NCBI GenBank assembly: GCA_963555985.3
Contig: OY820591.1
Span: 192,001-256,000 of the forward strand
DNA: 64,000 nt
DNA from: Dehalococcoidia bacterium
GTDB taxonomy: Bacteria; Chloroflexota; Dehalococcoidia; Bin125
Reading direction: 5' to 3'
In this document: positions 9,406-21,033 of the stretch, one piece after another
How positions within the stretch are numbered: position 1 is the stretch's first letter
Layout of the letters: each line of letters opens with the position of its first letter
Made by a program: the position numbers and the translations under genes
The notes under the pieces: generated by a model
Database searches by the model: none
The model's input: the letters and a program-made list of their open reading frames with translations, nothing else
Told to the model about the DNA's origin: nothing

Positions 9406-9426
9406 TCGGTGCTCCTTGACCGCAGT

Positions 9427-10206
9427 CTAGATGTTCGAGCGTGTCTGCCCGCCGTCCACGTTCAGACACGCCCCCGTCACCCAACTCGCGCGCGCCGAGC
9501 AGAGAAACGCAACCACGTCCGCCACCTCCTCAGGACGACCGAAGCGATTGAACGCAATCGTGTCCAGCACGCTTGCCTGAATCCCCTTGGGATCAGTCTC
9601 ATAGCGCGTCTGCCAACGACTCCCCGGCCAGGCAATCGACCCCGGCGCCACCGCATTGGCGCGGATATTCTGCGGTGCCAGCTCCAGCGCCAACGACTTG
9701 GCATGGCTATGAATCGCCGCCTTCATCGCGTTGTATTGCGCCGAACCCCCCGCCTCCCGCCCAAAGATCGAGCCGATGTGCACGATGCTCGAACTATCCG
9801 CGCCCTCCCCCCCGGCAGCGGCCGCAAGATGCGGCAGCGCCGCCCGAGTTGTCCGCACCGCCGCCATCAGATTGAGGTCAAACATCGACTGCCAAACTTC
9901 GTCACCCTCACCACGCAGCGAGACGCCCATGTTGTTGACCAGAATCGAGAGTCCGCCCAACGCCTCAACCGTGCTGGCGACCACACGGTCGCTCGAGTCC
10001 GCCTCCCCCAGATCGGCGGCCACAGCATGAACCCGCCCAGGTCCAGCCGAGTCAATCGCAGCCGCCGCCTGCTCCAGCGTCTTCGGACGCCGCGCGCAGA
10101 TCGCAACATCCACACCCTCCGCCGCCAGCGCCAGCGCGCAGTAGAAGCCGATCCCTTCCGACGCGCCGGTCAACAGCGCCGCCTTGCCATTCAGTCCCAA
10201 GTCCAT
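9427..10206 (-). CDS. Short-chain dehydrogenase/reductase
   Basis: TGASEGIG, LVNN, YNAMK (YxxxK), VDGG. Confidence 0.93.
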   Translation of the reverse strand: MDLGLNGKAALLTGASEGIGFYCALALAAEGVDVAICARRPKTLEQAAAAIDSAGPGRVHAVAADLGEADSSDRVVASTVEALGGLSILVNNMGVSLRGEGDEVWQSMFDLNLMAAVRTTRAALPHLAAAAGGEGADSSSIVHIGSIFGREAGGSAQYNAMKAAIHSHAKSLALELAPQNIRANAVAPGSIAWPGSRWQTRYETDPKGIQASVLDTIAFNRFGRPEEVADVVAFLCSARASWVTGACLNVDGGQTRSNI

Positions 10207-10307
10207 TCGTCCACCTCCGCAGCGCATTCTAAAGACCACGCCTCAGTTCCTTCCCTCTCTCCGCGCCTCTATCGCCCAACCTGCCCTGTCCGCGTAATCT
10301 CAAGATC

Positions 10308-12740
10308 ATGACCACCCAGACCCCGCTCGACTGGCGAGCCGCCGCCCTCGCCTTGCGACAAGGCGCGTCCCTGATCCGCGCTCTCGCCGGCACGACCGCC
10401 TCGATCGCCCTCCAAGCTCCCCAAACCCACAAGCGCCGCGGCCGCGTCTCCGTCTCCGGCATCGACGCCACCGTGGAAATCCTCCGCGACCGCTGGGGCG
10501 TCCCCCACTGCTTCGCGCAGTCCGCCGCCGACGCGCTCTTCGCGCTGGGCTACGTCCACGCCCAGGATCGTCTCTGGCAGATGCAGTGGAGCCGTCGCGC
10601 CGCGCTGGGACGGATCGCTGAGATCGCCGGCCCGCAAGCGCTCCCCACCGACCGGCTTGCTCGCACGCTCGGACTCGAACGCGCCTCACGCGCCGCCTGG
10701 GACGCGACGCCGCAACAGGGCCGCGAGGAATTACTCCCCTACATCGCCGGCATCAACGCCGCCCTTGCCCGCGCTCCCAAACCCCTCGAAGCGCAGATCC
10801 TCGACGACTGGATCGGCCCCTGGCAAGCCTCCGACTCCATCGCCTGGGGCAAACTGCTCTCCTTCCTGCTTGCTCCTGCTTGGGAACAACAGCTCATGCG
10901 CGCGCGCATCGTCCAGACCGCCGGTCTGGAGACCCTGGAAGCACTCGATCCGCCCTTAGCTCCCGATACTTCCGTCGCCGCCCCGCCCGACGCCGACTAC
11001 GGCGAACTCTGTACTCCCTTGCACGAAGCCGCCGCTCAACTCAGCGAGCTCCTCGGCATTCACGGCGGCGCGAGCAACAACTGGGCCGTCGCCGGAGAAC
11101 ACACCGTCAGCGGCGCTCCGATCTTCGCCTGCGATCCCCATCTCACCCCCGTCGCTCCCCCCCACGCCTACTTTGTCCATCTCCACTGCCCCGAATTCAA
11201 CGCCGCCGGCGCGAGCATCCCCGGCCTGCCCGGCATCATCTGGGGCTGCAACGACCGGATCGCCTGGGGGCCGACGGCGGGAATGCAGACCATGCACATC
11301 GCCGTCGTCGAAGAACTGTCCGCCGACAGCCAGTCTTCGCGCACACCCGACGGCTGGCAACCGATCAGCACGCGCATCGAACAGATTCCCGTGCGCGGCT
11401 ACCCCGATGAGACGCTCGAACTGCGCGAAACCGTGAACGGTCCCCTGGTCTCCGAGGTGCTCCCGCCCAATCTGGCGCAACGCTGGAACAGTACCCGCGC
11501 GCTCGCGCTGCATTCGCAGGTACTTGCTCCGACCCACGGCGGAATCGGCATCGCCGATATCCTCCGCGCCCGCAACTGGGACGAGTTCTGCGCCGCCACC
11601 GACAATATGCGCGACTTCAACCTCTGCTACGCCTACGCCGACATCAACGGCCGCATCGGCCTACGGGTCAGCGGCGACGTACCGCGCGGCAACCCGCAGT
11701 CGCTCCGCTTCCCGGTCGCCGGATGGCTCCCGCCCGAAGCTGGCGGCGTGCCCCAGGATGTGCTCTGCGGCGACCAACTCCCGCACACGGTCGATCCCAC
11801 CGAAGGCATCGTCATCAGCGCCAACTCACCGCTCACTCCCGCCGAACGGATGCAATTCGGAGCCGAGTACCTCGATCCGGCGCGCGCCTCCCGCATCCGT
11901 GAACTGCTGACCGAACACCGACCTCACACCCGCGCCGACTCGGCCGCAATCCAGCGCGACCGGGTCTCCCTGCCGCTGCGCGCCTTTGCCCGCCAATTGG
12001 CGCAAGCTGAACCGAGCGACGACGACGCCCAACACCAACTCTCCACGCTCGCGGACTGGGACGGCGCAATGCGCGCCGACTCCACCGCCGCCGCCCTCGC
12101 CGCCGCCGCCCTGATCGAGTACCGCCGCGCCGAACTAAGCGAGCTGCTGGGCGAACGCGGTCAAGACCTGCTCGAACCGCTGCTCGCGATCCCCACCCTC
12201 GATATCTTCGCCGCCCGCGCCACCACCTGGGCCTTGACCCGGATCGAGAACGATCCCGAATCCGCCTCCGAGTTGGGCGCAGCTCTGGATCGCGCCGTTC
12301 GGGTGCTTCGGCGGCGCTTTGGGCCAGATTCGGGCGCCTGGACCTGGGGACGCTCCCGCCCGCTCGTGCTCAAACACGGATTGGCCGATGCCCCTGTGAT
12401 CGGCTCCCTACTCTCCGCCGGCCCCTTCGCCCACGGCGGCGAGGCGGACACCATCGCCCAGTCGGGAGTCCTGGGGCTGCGCCACGGACAACCCGTCTCC
12501 GCTCTGCCCGCCTTACGCCTGGTCGTAGAGCTCACCGATCCGCCCCAAGCCGAATTCGTTCTCGCCGGAGAACAAGTCCACGAACCCCTCCGCCCCAACG
12601 GACCCATGCTCGACGCCTGGCGTCACGATCGCCTCCACCCACTCCTACGCGACCGCGAGGCGGTCGAAGAAGCCTCCTCCCGCCGTTTGCGCCTGGAGCC
12701 GTATCGTCCCGTCGAAGGACGCCGCCAAGAGCTGCAATGA
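10308..12740 (+). CDS. Penicillin acylase family Ntn hydrolase
   Basis: RDRWGVPH, GYVHAQDRLWQM, SNNWAV (Ser nucleophile), DPHL. Confidence 0.92.
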   Translation: MTTQTPLDWRAAALALRQGASLIRALAGTTASIALQAPQTHKRRGRVSVSGIDATVEILRDRWGVPHCFAQSAADALFALGYVHAQDRLWQMQWSRRAALGRIAEIAGPQALPTDRLARTLGLERASRAAWDATPQQGREELLPYIAGINAALARAPKPLEAQILDDWIGPWQASDSIAWGKLLSFLLAPAWEQQLMRARIVQTAGLETLEALDPPLAPDTSVAAPPDADYGELCTPLHEAAAQLSELLGIHGGASNNWAVAGEHTVSGAPIFACDPHLTPVAPPHAYFVHLHCPEFNAAGASIPGLPGIIWGCNDRIAWGPTAGMQTMHIAVVEELSADSQSSRTPDGWQPISTRIEQIPVRGYPDETLELRETVNGPLVSEVLPPNLAQRWNSTRALALHSQVLAPTHGGIGIADILRARNWDEFCAATDNMRDFNLCYAYADINGRIGLRVSGDVPRGNPQSLRFPVAGWLPPEAGGVPQDVLCGDQLPHTVDPTEGIVISANSPLTPAERMQFGAEYLDPARASRIRELLTEHRPHTRADSAAIQRDRVSLPLRAFARQLAQAEPSDDDAQHQLSTLADWDGAMRADSTAAALAAAALIEYRRAELSELLGERGQDLLEPLLAIPTLDIFAARATTWALTRIENDPESASELGAALDRAVRVLRRRFGPDSGAWTWGRSRPLVLKHGLADAPVIGSLLSAGPFAHGGEADTIAQSGVLGLRHGQPVSALPALRLVVELTDPPQAEFVLAGEQVHEPLRPNGPMLDAWRHDRLHPLLRDREAVEEASSRRLRLEPYRPVEGRRQELQ

Positions 12741-12768
12741 GCCTGCCCAAGGGAGACCGATGCCTAAC

Positions 12769-12888
12769 CGTCATACCCGCGCTTGCCGCGGGTATCTCGC
12801 TGAGTCGAGCACCGACGTCGGCGCAAAACACGGCAAGATTGCCGCAGTCTGACCTTGGCTTGAACAATGGGCGGAGCGCGGCAATGAC
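12769..12888. repeat. CGTC-tagged REP-like palindrome doublet (family A)
   Basis: cgtcatacccgcgcttgccgcgggtatctc ... agattgccgc[insert]cggagcgcggcaatgac; copies at 29146, 31859, 50853. Confidence 0.85.
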
Positions 12889-12968
12889 CGAAATGAGGGC
12901 TTGCGCATCGGTTTCCGAGAGCCTTCGGTAGACTGGATCACTTAGAGATCACTGCGAGCGAGGAATCG

Positions 12969-13694
12969 ATGGCCACAGCAGGATCAGCACTGGAAATTCA
13001 ACGCGACGGAGCCGTCGCCGCCGTCACCGGCGGCGCAGCCCTCGACGCCGATTTCCGCTTCCAGCTTGACGACTGCTGCGCCGCGCTGGTGGACGACGCG
13101 GAGGTTCGAGCAATCCTGCTCGGTCCCACTCCCGCCGTCTGGAGCGGCTACGCCGAACCGCCCGAACCGGGCGACCTCTTCGCCGCTCTCGCCGAACTCC
13201 CCCAACCAACCATCGCCGTCCTCAGCGGCGACACGCTGGGAGGCGGACTCGAGCTCGCCCTCAGCGCCGATCTGCGAGTCGCCGGCAGCAAAATCCGGCT
13301 CGGCCTCCCCGATCTCCTCACCGATGCCGACCACTTCCCCCGCGCCGGCGGACTCCAACGCCTCAGCCGCGCCCTCGGACGCTCCCGCGCCGCCCAGCTC
13401 ACTCTGCTCGAAACCACGCTCTCGGCAGAGCAAGCGCTGGACTGGGGATTGGTCAACGCCGTCAGTGGCGACCCGAGCACAGCAGCACTCGAACTCGCCC
13501 ACCAGATCGCCCAACGCGGCCCGATCGCCGCCCGCTACGCCAAAGACGCCGTCCGCCACGGCCTCGAGCTGCCGCTCGCCCAAGCGCTCCACTACGAAAC
13601 CGAGCTCACGATCTTGCTCCAAGACACCGCCGACCGAGCCGAAGGCGTTCGCGCCTTCGTCGAAAAGCGGCCACCTCAGTTCCAGGGCGCCTGA
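12969..13694 (+). CDS. Enoyl-CoA hydratase/isomerase family protein (divergent N-terminus)
   Basis: LGGGLELALSADLR, PRAGGLQRL, AEQALDWGLVN, AEGVRAFVEKRPPQF. Confidence 0.88.
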   Translation: MATAGSALEIQRDGAVAAVTGGAALDADFRFQLDDCCAALVDDAEVRAILLGPTPAVWSGYAEPPEPGDLFAALAELPQPTIAVLSGDTLGGGLELALSADLRVAGSKIRLGLPDLLTDADHFPRAGGLQRLSRALGRSRAAQLTLLETTLSAEQALDWGLVNAVSGDPSTAALELAHQIAQRGPIAARYAKDAVRHGLELPLAQALHYETELTILLQDTADRAEGVRAFVEKRPPQFQGA

Positions 13695-13742
13695 GAGACG
13701 CCCAACCACACCCACGCCGCCTAGCAGACTGGAGGAACACCG

Positions 13743-13991
13743 ATGCAACTGATCCTGGATGAAGAAGAAACCTGGTCGTTAATGGCCCTTGTCACCGCAC
13801 AGGTGCTCGATCAGGTCGAACTCTCGGACGATGCCGCCAAAGCCGTCCGCGACTGGCGCGCCGCCCACGTCGAAGGCAACGCCGCCATGCTCGAATTGAC
13901 CGAACAGGTCAACGCCGCGCTCGGCAACACCATCGACGAAGAACTCACCCGCCAAATCCGACGCCGCGACTACTACCGCACCGTCCGCTAG
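13743..13991 (+). CDS. Small hypothetical protein, paralog A
   Basis: GGAGG RBS, native codon usage, aligns with 14005-14247. Confidence 0.8.
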   Translation: MQLILDEEETWSLMALVTAQVLDQVELSDDAAKAVRDWRAAHVEGNAAMLELTEQVNAALGNTIDEELTRQIRRRDYYRTVR

Positions 13992-14004
13992 AAAGCACCC
14001 CATC

Positions 14005-14247
14005 ATGGTCAAAGTCGAACTCGATGTCGAAGAAGCCTGGGCGATCTTCAACCAGATCGTCAACCAGATGCTCGATGAAGTCGATCTTCACAAGAGCGAC
14101 CGCGCCGCCATCCGCCGCTGGAAATCCGGCGAAATGCGCCCCGGCCGCGAAGAAATGGACGAACTCCACGAGAAAATCAACGACGACGTCGAACGCCTCT
14201 GGTCCGTCCGCCGCAAAAGCGAAATCCGCTCACCCGACTGGCGCTAG
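14005..14247 (+). CDS. Small hypothetical protein, paralog B
   Basis: Native codon usage; shares LD.EE.W / LD.V.L / R.W / IR..D[WY] with paralog A. Confidence 0.8.
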   Translation: MVKVELDVEEAWAIFNQIVNQMLDEVDLHKSDRAAIRRWKSGEMRPGREEMDELHEKINDDVERLWSVRRKSEIRSPDWR

Positions 14248-14603
14248 TCGAGCTCGCGCAGCCTCGCGACAAAGCGCTCGACATGCGCGAGCCCCTCGGC
14301 CACATCCGCTTTCGGGAACCAGTTCTCATAGAAGTTCGTATGCAGCGCGCTGGCTTCCCGGAATTGATTGCCGAGCTCGGCATCGCCGGTCTCATCCACC
14401 AACCCGCGGACGACGATGAACAGATCGCGATGACCGCCGTGTCGGAGTCCTCTGGCCTCTGCGACCGCCTTAACAGCGACGGTGGCAGCTCCCCAACCCT
14501 TCTCCGACGCCTGCGTCAAGTCTTCCTCCGCCAGATGTAAGCGAGCCTTGCGCAGATATTCAGCGCTCAGATCGGTGTACCGTTCAGCGCCGGCAGTAGT
14601 CAT
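14244..14603 (-). CDS. PaREP1/HEPN-family protein
   Basis: QASEKGWGA..AVKAVA and LHTNFYE PaREP1 signatures; leaderless TAGCCT box at 14610-14615. Confidence 0.85.
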   Translation of the reverse strand: MTTAGAERYTDLSAEYLRKARLHLAEEDLTQASEKGWGAATVAVKAVAEARGLRHGGHRDLFIVVRGLVDETGDAELGNQFREASALHTNFYENWFPKADVAEGLAHVERFVARLRELD

Positions 14604-14642
14604 AGACTCAGGCTAGCATCGCGCCGCTGAGGGCCGCCCGTC

Positions 14643-15377
14643 ATGACCGACCCCCTCGTCCTCTACGACAAACCCCATCCCACCATCGCCCACATCACCC
14701 TCAACCGACCCGAGGCGCTCAACGCCATCAACCTCGCCATGCGCGACGACCTCTGGACCTACCTCCAGGCCGTCCAACTCGACCCCGACGTCCGCGTCCT
14801 CGTCATCCGCGGCGCAGGCCCCCGAGCCTTCTCCGCCGGCGCCGACATTTCCGAGTTCGGTACTGCCCCCTCCCTCCACCAGTCCCGCGAAGCCCGCCGT
14901 CAGCGTGACCTCTGGGCCTTGCTCGAAGACCTGCCCATCCCCACCATCGCCGCGCTGCACGGATTCTGCTTCGGCGCAGGCATCGAACTCCCCCTCTACT
15001 GCGACCTCCGCATCGCCGCCGACAACACCCGCATCGGCCTGCCCGAAGTCACCCTCGGCTACATCCCCTCCGCCGGAGGTACCCAACTCATGCCCCGAAC
15101 CGCGCCGCCTGCCGCTGGACTTGGCATGATCCTGATCGGCAACCCAATCGACGCCGAGCGCGCCCTCTGCTGGGGCATCGTCCACCGCGTCGTCCCCCTC
15201 GAACAACTCGATCCCGCCGTCAACGCCGTCGCCCAACGCCTTGCCCAGGCTGACCCCGCCCTCACCGCCGCCGTCAAGCGCAGCATCCGGCGCGGACTCG
15301 ATCTGCCGATCTCGGCCGCGATCCGCCAGGACGCGCTGACCGCACGCCGATTGCGCCATACACTGTCAGATCGTTAA
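14643..15377 (+). CDS. Enoyl-CoA hydratase/isomerase
   Basis: TLNRPEALNAI, AFSAGADISEF, GLPEVTLG.IPSAGGTQ. Confidence 0.93.
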   Translation: MTDPLVLYDKPHPTIAHITLNRPEALNAINLAMRDDLWTYLQAVQLDPDVRVLVIRGAGPRAFSAGADISEFGTAPSLHQSREARRQRDLWALLEDLPIPTIAALHGFCFGAGIELPLYCDLRIAADNTRIGLPEVTLGYIPSAGGTQLMPRTAPPAAGLGMILIGNPIDAERALCWGIVHRVVPLEQLDPAVNAVAQRLAQADPALTAAVKRSIRRGLDLPISAAIRQDALTARRLRHTLSDR

Positions 15378-15423
15378 CCGCATTCTCACCCGCTCGCCCA
15401 CAGGAGCGCCAAGGAGCCGACTC

Positions 15424-16995
15424 GTGAATACCGCCGACATGCTCGACATCGCCGCCGCCAATGTGCCCGACCGCGTCGCCCTGCTCTGTGAAGACAACAG
15501 CAAGACCTTCGCCGAACTCGCCGCCGACGTCACCGTGCTCGCCAACGCTCTCCAGGGACTCGGCCTCTCCCGCGGCGACCACATCGGCGTGATGTCCGTC
15601 AACTCCGCCGAATACGTGATCATCTACTACGCCTGCGCCAAGATTGGCGTCACCTTCGTCCCGCTCAACTACCGCGCCAAGCGCGAAGAACTCACCTACA
15701 TGATCAACACGGTCGAAGCCAAACTGATCTTCGTCTCTGACCGCTACCAGGACCTCGTCCGCGCGATCCGCGACGACTGCCCCTCGGTTGAGCACTACGT
15801 CGCCCTTGAGCACGATGTCCCGCTGGGCCAGCAGCACTACCGCGACCTGATGGCCGCCGGCTCCGATGACTTCCTCTACGCCGAAGTCGAAGACAGCGAC
15901 CCCACCGTGATCATCTACACCTCCGGCACCACCGCCATGCCCAAGGGCGTCCAGGTCACCTACGGCGACCTCAGTAGCTACGCCATGAACACCATCGAAA
16001 TGGCCGACCCCACCGGCATCCACAACAAAACCCTGCTCTCCGTGCCGCTCTTCCACATCGCCGGCGCGACCACCATGATCTCCTCCGTCTGGGGCGGGCG
16101 CACCCTCGTCATCCTGCCCCAGTTCTCGCCCGCCTCCTGGATCGACGCTGTCGACACGCACGGCATCACCCACTCGATGGTCGTCCCCACCATGCTCAAG
16201 CGCACCATGGAGGACGAGAGCTTCGCCAACTTCAAGGGCGACACCCTCGAAGTCCTCACCTACGGCGCCGCGCCCATGCCCTACGACGTGATCCGCGCTG
16301 CCGTCGACGTCTTCCCCGCCAACGTCGGCTTCATGAACGCCTACGGCCAGACCGAATCGACCAGCACCATCTCCTTCCTCGGCCCCGACGACCACCGGCT
16401 CGACGGCAGCCCTGAAGAGGTCGCGGTCAAGGAGCACCGCCTGCGCTCCGTCGGCCGCGTCATGCCCGACATCGAGGTACTGATCCTCGACCCCGCCGAT
16501 CAGCCCGTCGGCGCCGGCGAAGAGGGCGAAATCTGCGTCCGCGGCGACCGCATCATGAGCGGCTACCTCAAGCAGGAGGAAGCCACCGCCTCCGCCATCC
16601 GCGACGGCGTCCTGCACACCGGTGACGTCGGCTACCTCGACGACGAGGGCTACCTCTTCATCACCGGACGCACCAAAGACCTCATCATCCGCGGCGGCGA
16701 GAACATCGCCCCCGGCGAAATCGAGCAGGTCCTCGAAGGCCACCCCGCCGTCGCCGAGGCCGCTGTCATCGGCGCGCCCGACCTCGAGTGGGGAGAGGTC
16801 GTCAAAGCCGTCGTCATCCTCCACGAGGGCCAGACCCTCACCCTCGACGACGCCGTAACCCACACCAAGTCCCAACTCGCCAGCTACAAAGCCCCCAGCT
16901 ACCTGGCCGTAGTAGACACCCTCCCCCGAAACCACATGGGCAAAGTCCTCAAAAACGACCTCCGCAAAACCCACGGCGAAGCGAAGAATGGGTAG
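15424..16995 (+). CDS. Acyl-CoA synthetase (AMP-binding)
   Basis: YTSGTTAMPKG, YGQTES, LHTGD, LPRNHMGK. Confidence 0.95.
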   Translation: MNTADMLDIAAANVPDRVALLCEDNSKTFAELAADVTVLANALQGLGLSRGDHIGVMSVNSAEYVIIYYACAKIGVTFVPLNYRAKREELTYMINTVEAKLIFVSDRYQDLVRAIRDDCPSVEHYVALEHDVPLGQQHYRDLMAAGSDDFLYAEVEDSDPTVIIYTSGTTAMPKGVQVTYGDLSSYAMNTIEMADPTGIHNKTLLSVPLFHIAGATTMISSVWGGRTLVILPQFSPASWIDAVDTHGITHSMVVPTMLKRTMEDESFANFKGDTLEVLTYGAAPMPYDVIRAAVDVFPANVGFMNAYGQTESTSTISFLGPDDHRLDGSPEEVAVKEHRLRSVGRVMPDIEVLILDPADQPVGAGEEGEICVRGDRIMSGYLKQEEATASAIRDGVLHTGDVGYLDDEGYLFITGRTKDLIIRGGENIAPGEIEQVLEGHPAVAEAAVIGAPDLEWGEVVKAVVILHEGQTLTLDDAVTHTKSQLASYKAPSYLAVVDTLPRNHMGKVLKNDLRKTHGEAKNG

Positions 16996-17057
16996 GTAGT
17001 CCATTGCGCAGAGGCCTCGCTGGACTGCGGCAAAAGCGGATATCGCTCACATTCCTG

Positions 17058-17063
17058 TATACT
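17058..17063 (+). promoter_or_regulatory. Putative -10 box TATACT for a small RNA
   Basis: Near-consensus -10; no plus-strand gene follows, only a structured segment ending in a hairpin. Confidence 0.45.
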
Positions 17064-17070
17064 GCCCAGT

Positions 17071-17204
17071 AGAAAGCGGGTGAGTGCGCACGTGAGACTG
17101 GCTTCCTAGGAGTTCGTGGAGCTTGCGCTGAACAACCCCGCCCACAATGGGTAGCGAGCCCGCTACCGGCGCCGTCCTCCGGAAGGGGGGCGGCGCTTCA
17201 CTTT
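17071..17204 (+). ncRNA. Putative structured ncRNA convergent with the DUF3800 gene (DUF3800-motif-like)
   Basis: Stems GCGGG 17076-80/CCCGC 17137-41, GCGCA 17086-90/TGCGC 17124-28, GGTAGCG/CGCTACC 17150-67, terminal GCGCCGTCCTCC-GGAA-GGGGGGCGGCGC followed by TTCACTTT. Confidence 0.55.
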
Positions 17205-18280
17205 GCCCTAAATCTGTCTCGATGAGCTTCGATCCGTTCGCTGAGGTCCGAATCGGGGAAGACTTTCAACCCGAACTTGCCCATCCTCAGGTCATCCCGC
17301 CCGTACCATTTCCGTCCAAACAGACGCCAGCGCTCTGCTTCCTGCGTACAACCTGAGATCACCCAGTCGTACACGGACCTGGCAAGCATGTCGCTGATCT
17401 CGAGAGGATGGGAGCCGCGTTTGGGTCGGAAACTCACTCCGGGCTCCAGGTATCTCTGAAATGCCCTGTTGGACACCCAACGTGTGCCGTAACGAAGGGT
17501 CTCGGCCACACATAACTGCACTTCGACGTCCTCCCGAGGTCCTCTTGCCTCAAATGTCAGCCTGCCGAGCGGATATTCGGTATTGGCTGCCAGAAAGTCG
17601 ACGACCCGTTCAAGCAGCAGGTGTACTGCCAATTCGTAGAAGTCAACAGGCAGAAACGGGTCCTTACCTGTGGCCAGAAACTCACGGCCGAAGACCTGCT
17701 TGCGTACTGCGACGGCAAAAGCCGTGAACTCAGTGTCATCGATCAATTGATCAACGGCCCGATCGAACTCTTGCTGCTTTTGAACATCGCCTCGAAAGTA
17801 GAAATCACCGAGGCGTCGGCTCATTTCCGGTTCGTGCAGTACCACCTCCGGGAGGCCGAAATCCCTCTTCAACCTGTCGGCGCGAACACGGTAGTTCTCC
17901 TTTTCACCCTCTGTGATCGCGATGGTGCCTAATGCGAAGCAACCGTTCTCGCCTTCCGACGCGGTCAGCCTCGGTACCCCGGACTCATCAGCGAAGAACA
18001 GCCGCAACGGTCGCTGGTCGCGGTTGGGATTTCCCGAACCTGCGCGGCGCTTGAAGTGGTTTCGACCCGGAATGGGTCCGGTTACGCGCATCAAGTGGGA
18101 CTGTTCGAGGTGCAGAAGTTGGGACACGACAGTCGCGACATCGACTTCGTCCCCGATGCCGGCTCGTCGCACCAGGTTTTGAAGTAGCTCGCTGAATCGC
18201 GCAGCTTCAGCAATGGCACGAGTCTGGCGCAACGCAAGCAGACCAGTCGAGGAGGCGTCCTCTCGCGATGAGTTTGGCAT
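17198..18280 (-). CDS. DUF3800-domain protein (RNase H-like fold) with ~90-aa N-terminal extension
   Basis: LFFADESG, LH, FEARG, LEISDMLA (QxAD-like) motifs; leaderless TACTCT box at 18287-18292; lower GC than flanks. Confidence 0.8.
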   Translation of the reverse strand: MPNSSREDASSTGLLALRQTRAIAEAARFSELLQNLVRRAGIGDEVDVATVVSQLLHLEQSHLMRVTGPIPGRNHFKRRAGSGNPNRDQRPLRLFFADESGVPRLTASEGENGCFALGTIAITEGEKENYRVRADRLKRDFGLPEVVLHEPEMSRRLGDFYFRGDVQKQQEFDRAVDQLIDDTEFTAFAVAVRKQVFGREFLATGKDPFLPVDFYELAVHLLLERVVDFLAANTEYPLGRLTFEARGPREDVEVQLCVAETLRYGTRWVSNRAFQRYLEPGVSFRPKRGSHPLEISDMLARSVYDWVISGCTQEAERWRLFGRKWYGRDDLRMGKFGLKVFPDSDLSERIEAHRDRFRAK

Positions 18281-18550
18281 TTCTTTAGAGTATTGGCTGA
18301 CTCTGATAAACAAGCGACAACCTCTCGATTATCCATAAACTCCTGTGAGTCGTGGATTGTCTGGACAAACGTTGCTCGCCTCTTGGAGAGAGGTGAATTG
18401 ACGCCCGCGTCCGATCGTGCCCTGACGAGACCTTGCCAATTGCTGGCACTGCGGCGACCAGAATCCGACACTCCACTCCCCACCCCCATTCTTGCAACCC
18501 CAACCACGCCCTTCCTAGCATGAACCCCCAAACAGACGAAAGGCGGCACC

Positions 18551-20158
<1,608 letters not shown>

Positions 20159-20193
20159 GCCACTGACAGCAGCGCTCCTCAGTTGACGGCAGG

Positions 20194-21027
20194 ATGCCAG
20201 TGTCCGACTTCGACACGTTCGACCTCTACCAGGTGCTCGGCGTCGACCGCGACGCCTCGGAGGCCGAAATCCGCGACGCCTTCAACCGCGCCGCCCTGAC
20301 CGAGCATCCCGACCGCAGCGGCCACCCCGACGCCGACCAACGCATCCGCCGCGTCTACCAGGCCCGCGACACCCTGCTCAACGCCAGGCTGCGCGCCGCC
20401 TACGATCCCGACGCCGACCAACGCGACCGCCGCGAGGCCCAGGAGCGGGACCAGCAGCGGCAGCGCCAAAGCCCCCCGCGACGCACGCCGGAGCAGCCCA
20501 AACCACGCTGGCGCTCACGCCCCCGGCCACGTCCCGAACCATCGCCGCGGCAGGAGCAACCGGAACGACCGGAGCACGAGCACGATCGAGCTGCGGCGCA
20601 AGCGGAACTGCGCGACCTGGCCGGCGCCACGATCCTCACGCAGCGCCGCTGGTTCCACGCCGATCCCGATCGCCGGGACTACAACCCCGCCGCCTACGCC
20701 GAGTTCCAGCGCCAGGAGCAGCGCTACTTCATGGCCTTGCGCTTTGGCCCGGGACTCTTCTTCGCCTTGCTCGCCATCGGATCGTTCGCGACCGGCGATA
20801 CCGTAGGCGGCATCATCTCTCTGGTCGTTACCGTGGTCGCCTTGGTCGCCTGCGCATATCTCGCCGGGATCGCGTGGTTCGTCTGGCTCTACCTCATCGT
20901 CGCCGTCTCAACCGTCGAACTAGCCAAACTCGTCTACGCCGCCCTGCGCGTCACCTTCTACTTCATCCGCAGTCAGCTCCGGCAACGACGAGAAGCACGC
21001 ACAAGCCCATCCGCCTCGGACGACTGA
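20194..21027 (+). CDS. J-domain protein with Pro/Arg linker and C-terminal TM helices
   Basis: DLYQVLGV..AS..EI...HPD...L..R.AYD; hydrophobic C-terminal region. Confidence 0.85.
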   Translation: MPVSDFDTFDLYQVLGVDRDASEAEIRDAFNRAALTEHPDRSGHPDADQRIRRVYQARDTLLNARLRAAYDPDADQRDRREAQERDQQRQRQSPPRRTPEQPKPRWRSRPRPRPEPSPRQEQPERPEHEHDRAAAQAELRDLAGATILTQRRWFHADPDRRDYNPAAYAEFQRQEQRYFMALRFGPGLFFALLAIGSFATGDTVGGIISLVVTVVALVACAYLAGIAWFVWLYLIVAVSTVELAKLVYAALRVTFYFIRSQLRQRREARTSPSASDD

Positions 21028-21033
21028 ACCCAG

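Noticed and set aside
14243-14616. GCTAG direct repeat around the PaREP1 gene as a target-site duplication
   Set aside because: Explained by overlapping TAG stops on the left and the TAGCCT -10 box on the right; only 5 bp
17011-18455. Possible flanking duplication of the DUF3800 cassette (gaggcctcgctggactgcggc vs gagaccttgc...tggcactgcggc)
   Set aside because: Requires two gaps; too weak to count with the three clear cases
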